Part shown: positions 41,476 to 49,819 of the stretch, in pieces
How the letters are laid out: each line of letters opens with the position of its first letter
Numbering within the stretch: the first letter of the stretch is position 1
Assembly (NCBI GenBank): GCA_964403155.1
Contig: CAYOEG010000004.1
Span: forward strand, 1-60,468
Source of the DNA: an uncultured Candidatus Saccharibacteria bacterium
GTDB taxonomy: Bacteria > Patescibacteriota > Dojkabacteria > SC72
DNA: 60,468 nt
Direction of reading: 5' to 3'
Program-made: the position numbers and the translations under genes
The notes under the pieces: generated by a model
What the model was told of the DNA's origin: nothing
Database searches by the model: none
Seen by the model: the letters and a program-made list of their open reading frames with translations, nothing else

Positions 41476-42777
41476 TTATTGCTCAATTATATCAAATTTC
41501 CCATCAGATGTACCTAGCATTTCGACCCATATTCTTCCTCTATTAAAAATCATCTCGTTGCCTTCACTATCATAGTATGTAGTTCTATCCGTACGGGAGG
41601 TCTTCTTCCATGTACCAGTAGTTATCTTCCCATCTACGAGGAATGTTGCATCACCCTGCCCGATAGTAGTAATAATTAGGTGCCCTTTGTCATCTCCGGA
41701 TTGAACCATTGAAACTTCCTGCACAACTATGTTCTTAGTATTAACTTGTGTTTTTGTCTCTTGGTCTATATCTGCTTGCCCACCAACCATCCTTAAATAT
41801 GAGTTAGTATCTGGGTCATATGTCCATATAACATTGTAAAGACCACTATTAATTAATCTCGTATGGAATGTAAGTTCTACTTTTGTCTTCTCTCCACGAC
41901 TTGAGATATCTGCATCTGCTTTAAATTTCCACTTTTCAAAACTGGTAGGGAAGCCATCCCAATCTACTTTCTTAGCATACTCCCAAGCATAAGTTATGGA
42001 GCTGTACTCATTGTGAGGCGCGACTCTTCTTCCATCGTTCCATCTCCATGCACCAATAGTGGAGAGATCTTTTGCACCGTAGCTATATAGGTTGCTGCAC
42101 GCATTTGTTCTTGGATCATCAGATGATGCACATCCATCATGAATGATTAATGAATCATATTCTAATGCCCATTCCAGGTAATAATTTCGAATGCTTCGAA
42201 CAGGGCCTACTTTTTCGGGAGCTTGACTCCAATAGATTGCCATTAATCGCGTAATACCAGCTTCTGCATTAGCCTCTATTACTAGATCTGCGCTATTGGG
42301 GCTAGATAATGGTCTTGCATCAGAATGGTTGTTCGTCATTACAGCGACTGCTCTTCTTGTCATCATCGTATCCATTTCTGATTTGGTGAATAGTAAGCCA
42401 TTTATTGGACTTTCTTCTGTTCTTGGCTCTGTTGGTTTAGAAAGTAGGTTTAATGAATACAGAAATCTGCCAGCGGGGGCATCCGCAGTAATGTAATCTT
42501 GGTTAAAAGAAAATATCTTCTCCAACGGTTGTGGTTTTACTTTGTAAATACCGAAATAGTAAAAGGCTGCTATTCCTAGAAGAGTAACTAATGCAACAAT
42601 TGGGAATATGAAATTCTTGAAAACTAATTTCTTTTTGGGAAGATTCAATTCAACCTTTTCTTCTTTGATCTCTTCTTCTAACTCGTTTTTGATTTCCGGA
42701 ATTTTTATTTCCACAACAGGGTTTGTATCTTTAATCTCGGACTTTCCCGTGTCTGTAATATTTATCTCTTTGGCCAT
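41476..42777 (-). CDS. DUF3048 (YerB-like) domain protein, membrane anchored
   Basis: 433 aa with an N-terminal TM helix. RRAVAVMTNNHSDARPLSSPNSADLVIEANAEAGITRLMAIYW matches my memory of the DUF3048 signature (..V.INN...ARPQSGL..AD.V.E...EGGITR..A.F). Confidence 0.6.
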   Translation of the reverse strand: MAKEINITDTGKSEIKDTNPVVEIKIPEIKNELEEEIKEEKVELNLPKKKLVFKNFIFPIVALVTLLGIAAFYYFGIYKVKPQPLEKIFSFNQDYITADAPAGRFLYSLNLLSKPTEPRTEESPINGLLFTKSEMDTMMTRRAVAVMTNNHSDARPLSSPNSADLVIEANAEAGITRLMAIYWSQAPEKVGPVRSIRNYYLEWALEYDSLIIHDGCASSDDPRTNACSNLYSYGAKDLSTIGAWRWNDGRRVAPHNEYSSITYAWEYAKKVDWDGFPTSFEKWKFKADADISSRGEKTKVELTFHTRLINSGLYNVIWTYDPDTNSYLRMVGGQADIDQETKTQVNTKNIVVQEVSMVQSGDDKGHLIITTIGQGDATFLVDGKITTGTWKKTSRTDRTTYYDSEGNEMIFNRGRIWVEMLGTSDGKFDIIEQ

Positions 42778-42856
42778 GGCAGTTTAGTGTAGATATATAT
42801 CCAATATACTAACATATTGTGGTAATATTAATAAATAATATTTTATGGAATGAAAT

Positions 42857-43876
42857 ATGATGAAGAAAATCGTATGGTTCCTAATATTACCTCTCATAGT
42901 AGGTGTCAGTATCTACTTAATATTCTTCAAGCAAAAACCAGCAACTACGGATGATACGAACAGTGATGATACACAAACCTCTGAAGAATTCGATACTGAT
43001 ACAACGACAGAAAAGGAGGAGGATGCGGATACCTCTACAGAAGAAAATGAAGAGACACAAACAATCACAGGATTCTCAACGGAATCTCAGACAATTGGAG
43101 CGGCTTCTTCATCAAAATATACGATAGAGGAGGTTAGCAATACTTCCCATACCGACTATCACGAATTTGTATTTACACTTTCGTCAACAAGTACTGATGA
43201 ACCTAATGTCATAGCTGAATACAAAAGTAGCCTTGGTGTCATAAGGTTGGATTTCAATCAGATTGAAAAAGATGACAGCGGAATTGGATATCAAAAAGAA
43301 GTCAGTATAAACAAAGAAGGAATCTCAAGACTGTATCACAATGTATCTTCGGATCAGACAGAGGAATTGTATGACATAGGTGTTACAAAAGAGACAGTAT
43401 TCAAGTTGATGTCAGAGAAAGTAGGTGACAATTGGGAGATTACGATATATGTCCAATATCCAGGAGAATCTACAAGTACTGTGGACTCTGGAAGTACCGA
43501 TTTTAGTACTCAGGCACAATCAGTTACAGGTGTTGATGCTTCAAAAGGTGCGGCAATTAGTTCATATACATATGGTATTAGTGGAGGAGTTTTGAAGTTT
43601 GTCTGGAACGTAAGTAGTACAGACACGAATCCAATCCCAAGTGTAACTGCTGCGTACGATTCTGAAAATCATTTAGTTGTTACATTCACAAGTTTAAAGA
43701 CAGATAAGGTATATCTTGCAGTTGATGGTATTTCATTACCTGGTAGCTTAGCTATGCAGACAGAGAAACCTGGGGAATCAACTATATATACCATAGGTGG
43801 ATTCTCAGCAAAAGCAGAATATAAATTAAGTGCAAGCACAGGCCCAAATCAGGTAATTTTAGAAATTGAATTATGA
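42857..43876 (+). CDS. Secreted or anchored hypothetical protein with a T/D/E-rich linker
   Basis: 339 aa with an N-terminal signal or anchor, an acidic Thr-rich low-complexity linker and a beta-rich body. I recognise no family. Confidence 0.45.
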   Translation: MMKKIVWFLILPLIVGVSIYLIFFKQKPATTDDTNSDDTQTSEEFDTDTTTEKEEDADTSTEENEETQTITGFSTESQTIGAASSSKYTIEEVSNTSHTDYHEFVFTLSSTSTDEPNVIAEYKSSLGVIRLDFNQIEKDDSGIGYQKEVSINKEGISRLYHNVSSDQTEELYDIGVTKETVFKLMSEKVGDNWEITIYVQYPGESTSTVDSGSTDFSTQAQSVTGVDASKGAAISSYTYGISGGVLKFVWNVSSTDTNPIPSVTAAYDSENHLVVTFTSLKTDKVYLAVDGISLPGSLAMQTEKPGESTIYTIGGFSAKAEYKLSASTGPNQVILEIEL

Positions 43877-43927
43877 CGCTTCGCTTCGATGTGAAGCCTT
43901 ATTGTATCAATGACTATATGGGTTTTT
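43875..43927 (+). repeat. Solo copy of the 53-nt repeat that bounds the secY-adk transposase element
   Basis: It has the same length and the same ends as 10221-10273: GACGCTTCGCT at the 5' end and ACTATATGGGTTTTT at the 3' end are identical, and 12 of the 27 internal nt match. Like the copy after secY, it starts at or just after a plus-strand stop codon. Confidence 0.5.
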
Positions 43928-43963
43928 AACAATTTTTTAACTTACTATAAACACCTCTAGAAT

Positions 43964-44377
43964 ATGATTCGTGCGCTAGTATTTGATTTCAATGGTGTAA
44001 TACTAAATAAACATACTCACCAGGTGGACTTGGATATGTTAGCTTTGATTAATGAACTATATGACTTAGAGGTTGATATGAATCTTTTCTCAAATACTTC
44101 GAAAGAAGCTATATATTTCTTAGATTCAAAATTTGATTTCCTAAAATATTTTAAAAATGTAATTCTTGTAGAGGATACAGGATTAAGTAAACCTTCTGAT
44201 GAATCGTTTGAAAATCTGTTTAAAATATTAAAAACTGATCCACAGGATATTGTATATATAGATGATAATAGGAATAATGTTAGGCAAGGGAATAAATTTG
44301 GAATGAAGGGTGTATTTTTTACAACAGAAACGAAACTTAGAGCTAAATTAATAGAGATTGCAGAAAATGATAACTAG
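43964..44377 (+). CDS. HAD-superfamily hydrolase-like protein (short)
   Basis: 137 aa. Motif I is VFDFNGVIL, with the second Asp replaced by Asn. Motif IV-like is VYIDDNRNNV. Confidence 0.5.
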   Translation: MIRALVFDFNGVILNKHTHQVDLDMLALINELYDLEVDMNLFSNTSKEAIYFLDSKFDFLKYFKNVILVEDTGLSKPSDESFENLFKILKTDPQDIVYIDDNRNNVRQGNKFGMKGVFFTTETKLRAKLIEIAENDN

Positions 44378-44948
44378 AGAAAAATGTAATGAACTTTTAG
44401 AGAAATATGTGACTACTCCGTGGCTTAAGATGCATATGCGAGAAAGTGATTTAATAATGCAGGCTGTAGCAAAAAGACTTAATGAAGATTCTGAGAAATG
44501 GGGGCTATCCGGTTTGCTTCATGATCTAGATTTTGATTATGTTAATAAGGATCCACAATGGCATGTTATTAAATTCGATGAAATCCTTGGGAAGGAAGGA
44601 TTGAAAGTTGGTACAGATATAGATGATGATGTGTATCATGCTATTCGTGCTCACTATGAAGAACATCCAGACATTGCTGAGAAGAGAGAAAATAATCTTG
44701 ATTATGCATTGTCTGCATCGGAGAATCTCTCAGGGTTTTTAGTAGCGTGTGCTTTGGTACAACCAGATAAAAAGATTGCTAGTGTAGGGGTAGAGAGTGT
44801 TACTAAGAAGTTGAAGAAAAAAGATTTTGCAAAGGCTGTTAGAAGAGATTTGATACAGGATATTGAGAAGGTAGGTATATCTCTTGATGAGTTCATAAAG
44901 ATAGCTTTGGATGCTATTAAGGCTAATGCATCAGAATTGGGTTTGTAG
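44358..44948 (+). CDS. HD-domain metal-dependent phosphohydrolase
   Basis: 196 aa with H...HD...D spacing (MHMRES...GLLHDLDFDY...HAIRAH). It overlaps the previous gene by 20 nt. Confidence 0.55.
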   Translation: MQKMITREKCNELLEKYVTTPWLKMHMRESDLIMQAVAKRLNEDSEKWGLSGLLHDLDFDYVNKDPQWHVIKFDEILGKEGLKVGTDIDDDVYHAIRAHYEEHPDIAEKRENNLDYALSASENLSGFLVACALVQPDKKIASVGVESVTKKLKKKDFAKAVRRDLIQDIEKVGISLDEFIKIALDAIKANASELGL

Positions 44949-44965
44949 TAAAATATCCTCAACAA

Positions 44966-45042
44966 CGGGGCGTAGTTCAGATGGCTAGAGCGCTTGCATG
45001 GGGTGCAAGAGGTCGCACGTTCAAGTCGTGTCGCCCCGACCA
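44966..45042 (+). tRNA. tRNA-Pro (anticodon GGG), CCA encoded
   Basis: Hand fold: CGGGGCG-TA-GTTC-AGATGGCTA-GAGC-G-CTTGC-ATGGGGT-GCAAG-AGGTC-GCACG-TTCAAGT-CGTGT-CGCCCCG-A-CCA. C1:G72, G37 and A73 are typical for bacterial tRNA-Pro. Confidence 0.9.
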
Positions 45043-45063
45043 TATAATTTCATATACCTAAAT

Positions 45064-45825
45064 ATGGAACAGAAAAAACAAAAATTGTTTTTCCTCATAG
45101 GAATAATATTCCTAATCCTCGTAGTTATCTTTCTCTTAATATATTTTCTTGTAATTAAGAAATCTTCTACAAATGCTACCACCGCTGTTCCTAAAGCCAA
45201 TGATCCTACTGTAGAAAGTAGGGTAACTATCTCACAAAGTGACGTATATCTCTTTGACTTCTCAACAGAAGAAGTTCACGATACAAGAGATCTTGTACAT
45301 TTAAGAATATGGCCTGTTCTTGGTTTCTATACCACGGGAGAGATTAAGAGTGCAAAAATTAAAAATATCCATGTAGAAACAGCAAACAATTACGACGTTG
45401 CCATAATATATCCAGGACATGTAGCAAACAATCTTTCACAATATGACATTCTCTTTGGAACAAAAGATCCGGTCAAGGCTTCTGACATAGAAGATTATGG
45501 AAATACATTGGAATACAATGTTGTAGATAGTGCTCAGTACTATGATGAAGTGTACAAGAGTAGTGGAGCACCTCAGTGGTTGATAGTTCTGAAAAATCTG
45601 GGAGAATATAACTATACTGAGATTATGAACAGGGACAACCTTTTTGATAGTGGAAGAATTCTAGAATATGCAGGTATTACTGGAGAGGATCTTAATACCT
45701 CTTTCTATTTCGATCTTGAGATAGTATTTGAAGATGGCGAAAAATATGTGAAGAGATTCTCTTCTACCATAGAGGGTGATAAATATATGGTGGATCAGTT
45801 TTACAATCCTAAGCTTACATATTAA
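45064..45825 (+). CDS. Membrane-anchored hypothetical protein
   Basis: The ORF track starts at 44998 inside tRNA-Pro, so ATG 45064 (MEQKKQKLFFLIGIIFLILVV...) is used. It has one N-terminal TM helix and I recognise no family. Confidence 0.45.
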   Translation: MEQKKQKLFFLIGIIFLILVVIFLLIYFLVIKKSSTNATTAVPKANDPTVESRVTISQSDVYLFDFSTEEVHDTRDLVHLRIWPVLGFYTTGEIKSAKIKNIHVETANNYDVAIIYPGHVANNLSQYDILFGTKDPVKASDIEDYGNTLEYNVVDSAQYYDEVYKSSGAPQWLIVLKNLGEYNYTEIMNRDNLFDSGRILEYAGITGEDLNTSFYFDLEIVFEDGEKYVKRFSSTIEGDKYMVDQFYNPKLTY

Positions 45826-46838
45826 TCCAAGAGATCTGTAATAGATTTTCTTTGATTAATCCTACTTATCGTATCTGCAAAATAGCTTGCAATAGACACT
45901 TCGTTAAACCACGGGGATTTAGCTAAGAATTCCTTTGAATGATATGTACTGTCTGTTCCAATTACGAGATCAAGAAAACCCTTCTCATAGGCTTCTTGGA
46001 ACCTCTCCCATGCAGGCCCATTGAAAAGTGCATGAGTACATACCGCGATAACTTTTTTCGCGCCCATATTCTTTGTCTCTTCTAAAGCTTTTACCAAAGT
46101 CCCTCCAGTACAGATCATGTCATCAACAATATATACATCCTTTCCTTTTACATTTCCCAATATCGATATCTTGTCTACTGTATTTGCTTTGCAGTAGTTT
46201 CTGACCTTGTATGTAAACGCTATATCTGTTCTTAATGCTTGGGCATAATGATTAGCCCTCTTTGCACCTCCTAGATCAGTTGGCATAATGACAGTATTTT
46301 CTTTGTCCTTAACCATTCTTTTTAGAACAGGAACTAAAACATATCCTCCCATTAGATTATCAATCTTTGCTCTTCTAAAGAATCCTTGTATTGCTGAATT
46401 GTGCAAATCTATTGTTATTAGGTGATCCACCGATCCATCTCCCTCTAACTCATATGCAATTCTCGCAGCCGTAATACCTTCTCTTCCAGATTGTTTGTCT
46501 TGTCTAGCATATGGGTATGAAGGTAATACAGTAGTTATTCTTTCTGCATCGCATCTTCTGCATGCGTCAACCATGGTATACAGTGCTCTCAAATTTTGAT
46601 CTGTGCATTTCCCATCTGTGTGATTTTCACAGTCTTGTATTATGAATACGTCTTTACCTCTGATACTTTCGTTAATTACAGTTTTCAATTCTGTGCTAGC
46701 AAAATGCATCTCTTCTGAATCTATTAGGTGTACTTCATCACCATATTTCTTTCTAAGGGATTTAACTATCTTTTTTGCGAAATTTAGACCTGAATTACAA
46801 GCTAGTATTGAAAGTGGAGCCTTAGATGTTGGAGACAT
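45822..46838 (-). CDS. prs: Ribose-phosphate pyrophosphokinase
   Basis: 338 aa with DLHNSAIQGFF, the PRPP loop VDDMICTGGTLVKA and YPYARQDK. Confidence 0.88.
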   Translation of the reverse strand: MSPTSKAPLSILACNSGLNFAKKIVKSLRKKYGDEVHLIDSEEMHFASTELKTVINESIRGKDVFIIQDCENHTDGKCTDQNLRALYTMVDACRRCDAERITTVLPSYPYARQDKQSGREGITAARIAYELEGDGSVDHLITIDLHNSAIQGFFRRAKIDNLMGGYVLVPVLKRMVKDKENTVIMPTDLGGAKRANHYAQALRTDIAFTYKVRNYCKANTVDKISILGNVKGKDVYIVDDMICTGGTLVKALEETKNMGAKKVIAVCTHALFNGPAWERFQEAYEKGFLDLVIGTDSTYHSKEFLAKSPWFNEVSIASYFADTISRINQRKSITDLLD

Positions 46839-46960
46839 ATAGGAGTGTATAAAGTTAGTACTATATAGTGTACTACTGAAATATGGTATTTGTGAAATAT
46901 ATTTGAATAAATCTCAACTATCTGTAACAATATATCTGTTAATATTTCACTAATATACAA

Positions 46961-47167
46961 ATGAAAGTATCTATAGATCATACAAAATGTGCAGGTTGTG
47001 GCTCATGTGTAGCTATTTGTCCAGAGGTATTTGAAATGAAGGATGATGGTACTGTAGATGTTAAAGCAGAATATCAAGGTGTTGATATCACAGATGCAGA
47101 ATTAGTAGAAAAGGTAAAACAAGCAGCTATGGCATGTCCATCTGTTGCTATTGTAATAGAAGAGTAA
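46961..47167 (+). CDS. fdx: Ferredoxin (single-cluster type)
   Basis: 68 aa. CAGCGSCVAICPEVF...ACPSVAI has a Cys pattern typical of small Fe-S ferredoxins. Confidence 0.8.
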   Translation: MKVSIDHTKCAGCGSCVAICPEVFEMKDDGTVDVKAEYQGVDITDAELVEKVKQAAMACPSVAIVIEE

Positions 47168-47168
47168 T

Positions 47169-47588
47169 ATGGACGACTGTATCTTTTGTAAAATTGTAAG
47201 AGGAGAAATTCCTTGTTTTAAAGTGTATGAAGATGATAACTATCTGGCATTCTTAGATCTGTCAAACTTCACAGAAGGGCACACATTGGTAATACCTAAA
47301 AAACATTACAGGTTTGTATGGGATGTTGATGATATCGAAGGATACGCAAGAATTGTCAAGAAAATATCAAACCATTATAGAGATAATTTGGGGTTTGCCT
47401 ATGTTGATACTCTTACTTTTGGAAGAATGATCCCACATGCACATGTACATTTGGTACCTCATAATTCTGACTCTGAAGATTGGGAAAAAGCCTTGGAGAG
47501 AATCGGAGAATTACAGGGGGATGCTACACGCAGACTATCAAAAGAAGACGGAGAATCAATTGCGAAAAAGTTCTCAATAGTGGAATAG
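47169..47588 (+). CDS. HIT-family nucleotide hydrolase
   Basis: 139 aa with CIFCKIVRGEIP...AFLD...GHTLVIPKKH and the histidine triad HAHVHLVP. Confidence 0.85.
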   Translation: MDDCIFCKIVRGEIPCFKVYEDDNYLAFLDLSNFTEGHTLVIPKKHYRFVWDVDDIEGYARIVKKISNHYRDNLGFAYVDTLTFGRMIPHAHVHLVPHNSDSEDWEKALERIGELQGDATRRLSKEDGESIAKKFSIVE

Positions 47589-48434
47589 TTATTCTGCTTG
47601 GAAGAATGTAAGGATATCTGTCATGTATTCCTTATCTACATCAAAATGAGTTTTCCCTTCCAATTCGACCAATTCAATCTCTTTACCAAGTTTACTAAGT
47701 GAAGTTACAAAGGTTCTTGAACTAAAGAGACCAATATTAACATCATCTGTACCATGCCATATCTTTATATCTATATTCATAATCTTGTTCACCTCAGTCT
47801 GATTCCATTCGTATGTTCTAGTAGTTGGTGCTAGCAATGCTACCTTTTCAATATTCTCTGGATATTTTTGTACAAAATGCATAGTAGGTAACCCTCCCAT
47901 GCTAAATCCAATCATATATATCTTTCCAGAAGTTTCGTATTTCTCTTCAATCCACTCCTGAAGATTAACCATGTCAGCTATGGATGCTGCATTTCCCCAG
48001 TTCTCATCATGCTCATTTGAAGCTGCAAATATGAAATTGTGCTGTGTAAAATAGATACCATATTCTTGAAGATCCATCATGAAGGGATCCAACATATCTG
48101 AGATGACTCTTGTATTAGAACCGTGGCTATACAATATTATAGAAGGAGGATTATTTTCATCAATATTTGTAGGTGCCACTATATATGCTGTCTGGCCCTC
48201 AATCGCGAAATTTGTCTCCTCGTAGTGTGGACCCTCTGGAACAACATCTTCTTCCTCTTCCGTAGTAGTTGTTTCTTCCAATGTTTGATCTATGCCTTCT
48301 TGTGTTTGGGAATTATTTTGTTTCTGTGCTACAAGAATGTCATAGCAAAGATATATAGGAAGGGCTAATAACAGAAGGAAAACAATGAAAAGTATTATAT
48401 CTGATAGTTTCATTTTGGTTTTTGTACTTTCCAT
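47589..48434 (-). CDS. Membrane-anchored alpha/beta hydrolase
   Basis: 281 aa with an N-terminal TM helix, an acidic linker, the nucleophile elbow GFSMGG and a late HG.DD / H segment. Confidence 0.6.
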   Translation of the reverse strand: MESTKTKMKLSDIILFIVFLLLLALPIYLCYDILVAQKQNNSQTQEGIDQTLEETTTTEEEEDVVPEGPHYEETNFAIEGQTAYIVAPTNIDENNPPSIILYSHGSNTRVISDMLDPFMMDLQEYGIYFTQHNFIFAASNEHDENWGNAASIADMVNLQEWIEEKYETSGKIYMIGFSMGGLPTMHFVQKYPENIEKVALLAPTTRTYEWNQTEVNKIMNIDIKIWHGTDDVNIGLFSSRTFVTSLSKLGKEIELVELEGKTHFDVDKEYMTDILTFFQAE

Positions 48435-48516
48435 ATATGAAAATTATAGACATTTTTTTCTACTCTGTCTATTAGATGGTATAATCTTAAATTACCTAAA
48501 TTTATACCTTTAATTC

Positions 48517-49269
48517 ATGAAGAGTTCTAAAAAAGTCGAAACGAAAGAGGTAGTCATTAATCTTGATACATTTGCAATTCCTTTGGCTATTGTAATAGCG
48601 GGTGTAATCATTGCACTAGGGATATTTTTTGCAAACAAGAATAAGAGTACTGCAGATACCAATACTGGAAACAGTGATACTACTGCTACGGAAGGGACGG
48701 ATACATTTGCTGCAGCTACAACCAATATTGGTACAGGTGCAGTGTTAGGAAACAAGGATACCGCAAAGGTAGCTATTGTTATGTACAGTGACTATCAGTG
48801 TCCTTACTGTCAGAAGTTTGAGGAAGATACTTTGCCAGAGATTAAAACTAATTATGTAGATTCTGGAGATGTTATCTTTGTATTTAGAAACTTCCCATTG
48901 GATTTCCATGGTGATCTTACATACCAGTCTGCATATGCGGGAGAGTGTGTGTATGATCAGTTGGGTGCAGAGAAATTGGCCGAATTCCATGCTCAAGCAT
49001 ATTTAGCTGCTGATATTGCTGCAGTTAACACAGTAGCTAAGAATTTAGGAGTTAATGAATCTGAGTACAATACATGTCTTTCTACTCAGGAGTTCAAATC
49101 TAGAGTAGATGCTGATTTCGCAGCAGGGCAGGATGCAGGAGTATCAGGAACACCAGGGTTTGTTGTTGGTGTGTTAGGCGATGATGGTAGTGTTACAGGA
49201 AAACTAATCGAAGGAGCATACCCATATGATTCCTTTAAGGCTGTTATTGATGAGATGTTAGCAAAGTAA
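48517..49269 (+). CDS. DsbA-like thiol:disulfide oxidoreductase, membrane anchored
   Basis: 250 aa with a TM anchor, the thioredoxin-fold active site CPYC, and GVSGTPGFVVG near the C-terminus. Confidence 0.7.
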   Translation: MKSSKKVETKEVVINLDTFAIPLAIVIAGVIIALGIFFANKNKSTADTNTGNSDTTATEGTDTFAAATTNIGTGAVLGNKDTAKVAIVMYSDYQCPYCQKFEEDTLPEIKTNYVDSGDVIFVFRNFPLDFHGDLTYQSAYAGECVYDQLGAEKLAEFHAQAYLAADIAAVNTVAKNLGVNESEYNTCLSTQEFKSRVDADFAAGQDAGVSGTPGFVVGVLGDDGSVTGKLIEGAYPYDSFKAVIDEMLAK

Positions 49270-49275
49270 CCTTAC

Positions 49276-49297
49276 GGGGCAGACCTAGGTCTGCCCC
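49276..49297. repeat. REP-like palindrome, left copy
   Basis: A perfect 22-nt palindrome. Its central CTAG supplies the transposase stop codon (TAG on the minus strand, 49287-49285). It lies 7 nt after the dsbA-like stop. Confidence 0.7.
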
Positions 49298-49770
49298 ATA
49301 TCCTCATACCTTTTTCTCACAAAAAACCATTTGTATTTTTCATCTTCCTTTATTAGTCTTGCTTCTATTGGATTACGTTTAAGATACGTGATAACTGTGT
49401 GGAGATCTAGTAGTCCTTTAATCCTACGAACTTGGAATGGACCTTGAAATAGGTGTCCTACCTTATTGTACCTTCGATTAAAGTAGGTAACGTAGGCAGT
49501 CATAAAGCCAGCCATGAACTTTGATACTGAATTCAAGTCTGTTCTGCATTTTACAACTAGATGGAAATGGTTGGGCATGTAGCAGTAGCTAACTAAATGC
49601 AGCCGATTCTTTCTTACGTACTTATACATCAACGAACAAAATCGCTTGTAATCATCCTCTTTGAAAAATGTTTTCTCCTTGTGATTTCCACGATTATAGA
49701 TATGATAAAACGAATTTCGTCTATAAATGTTTTTGTTCTTGTCCTTCCTCATATTAAGAGGATAGGGCAA
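49285..49770 (-). CDS. HUH/Y1 tyrosine transposase, IS200/RAYT-like
   Basis: 161 aa with MPNHFHLVV (HUH), GHLFQGPFQVRR and ITYLKRNPIEARLI. It is roughly half identical by eye to 17191-17682. Confidence 0.8.
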   Translation of the reverse strand: MPYPLNMRKDKNKNIYRRNSFYHIYNRGNHKEKTFFKEDDYKRFCSLMYKYVRKNRLHLVSYCYMPNHFHLVVKCRTDLNSVSKFMAGFMTAYVTYFNRRYNKVGHLFQGPFQVRRIKGLLDLHTVITYLKRNPIEARLIKEDEKYKWFFVRKRYEDMGQT

Positions 49771-49792
49771 AGAGATTAAAATTCGGTGAAGT

Positions 49793-49813
49793 GGGGCAGA
49801 CCTAGGTCTGCCC
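49793..49813. repeat. REP-like palindrome, right copy
   Basis: 21 of 22 nt are identical to the left copy. It lies between the transposase 5' end and the 3' end of the downstream minus-strand gene. Confidence 0.7.
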
Positions 49814-49819
49814 TGTTAT

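Larger units (their letters stand above)
49276..49813. mobile_element. REP/RAYT-like unit: Y1 transposase bracketed by two copies of a 22-nt perfect palindrome
   Basis: GGGGCAGACCTAGGTCTGCCCC occurs at 49276-49297 and GGGGCAGACCTAGGTCTGCCC at 49793-49813. Including flanks, the match is slightly longer in inverted orientation (AC.GGGCAGACCTAGGTCTGCCCCA). Confidence 0.6.

Noticed and set aside
44998-45063. An N-terminal extension of the 45064-45825 ORF, and the minus-strand ORF 44702-45043.
   Set aside because: Both overlap the well-folded tRNA-Pro(GGG) gene. The downstream ATG at 45064 precedes a typical signal-anchor helix.
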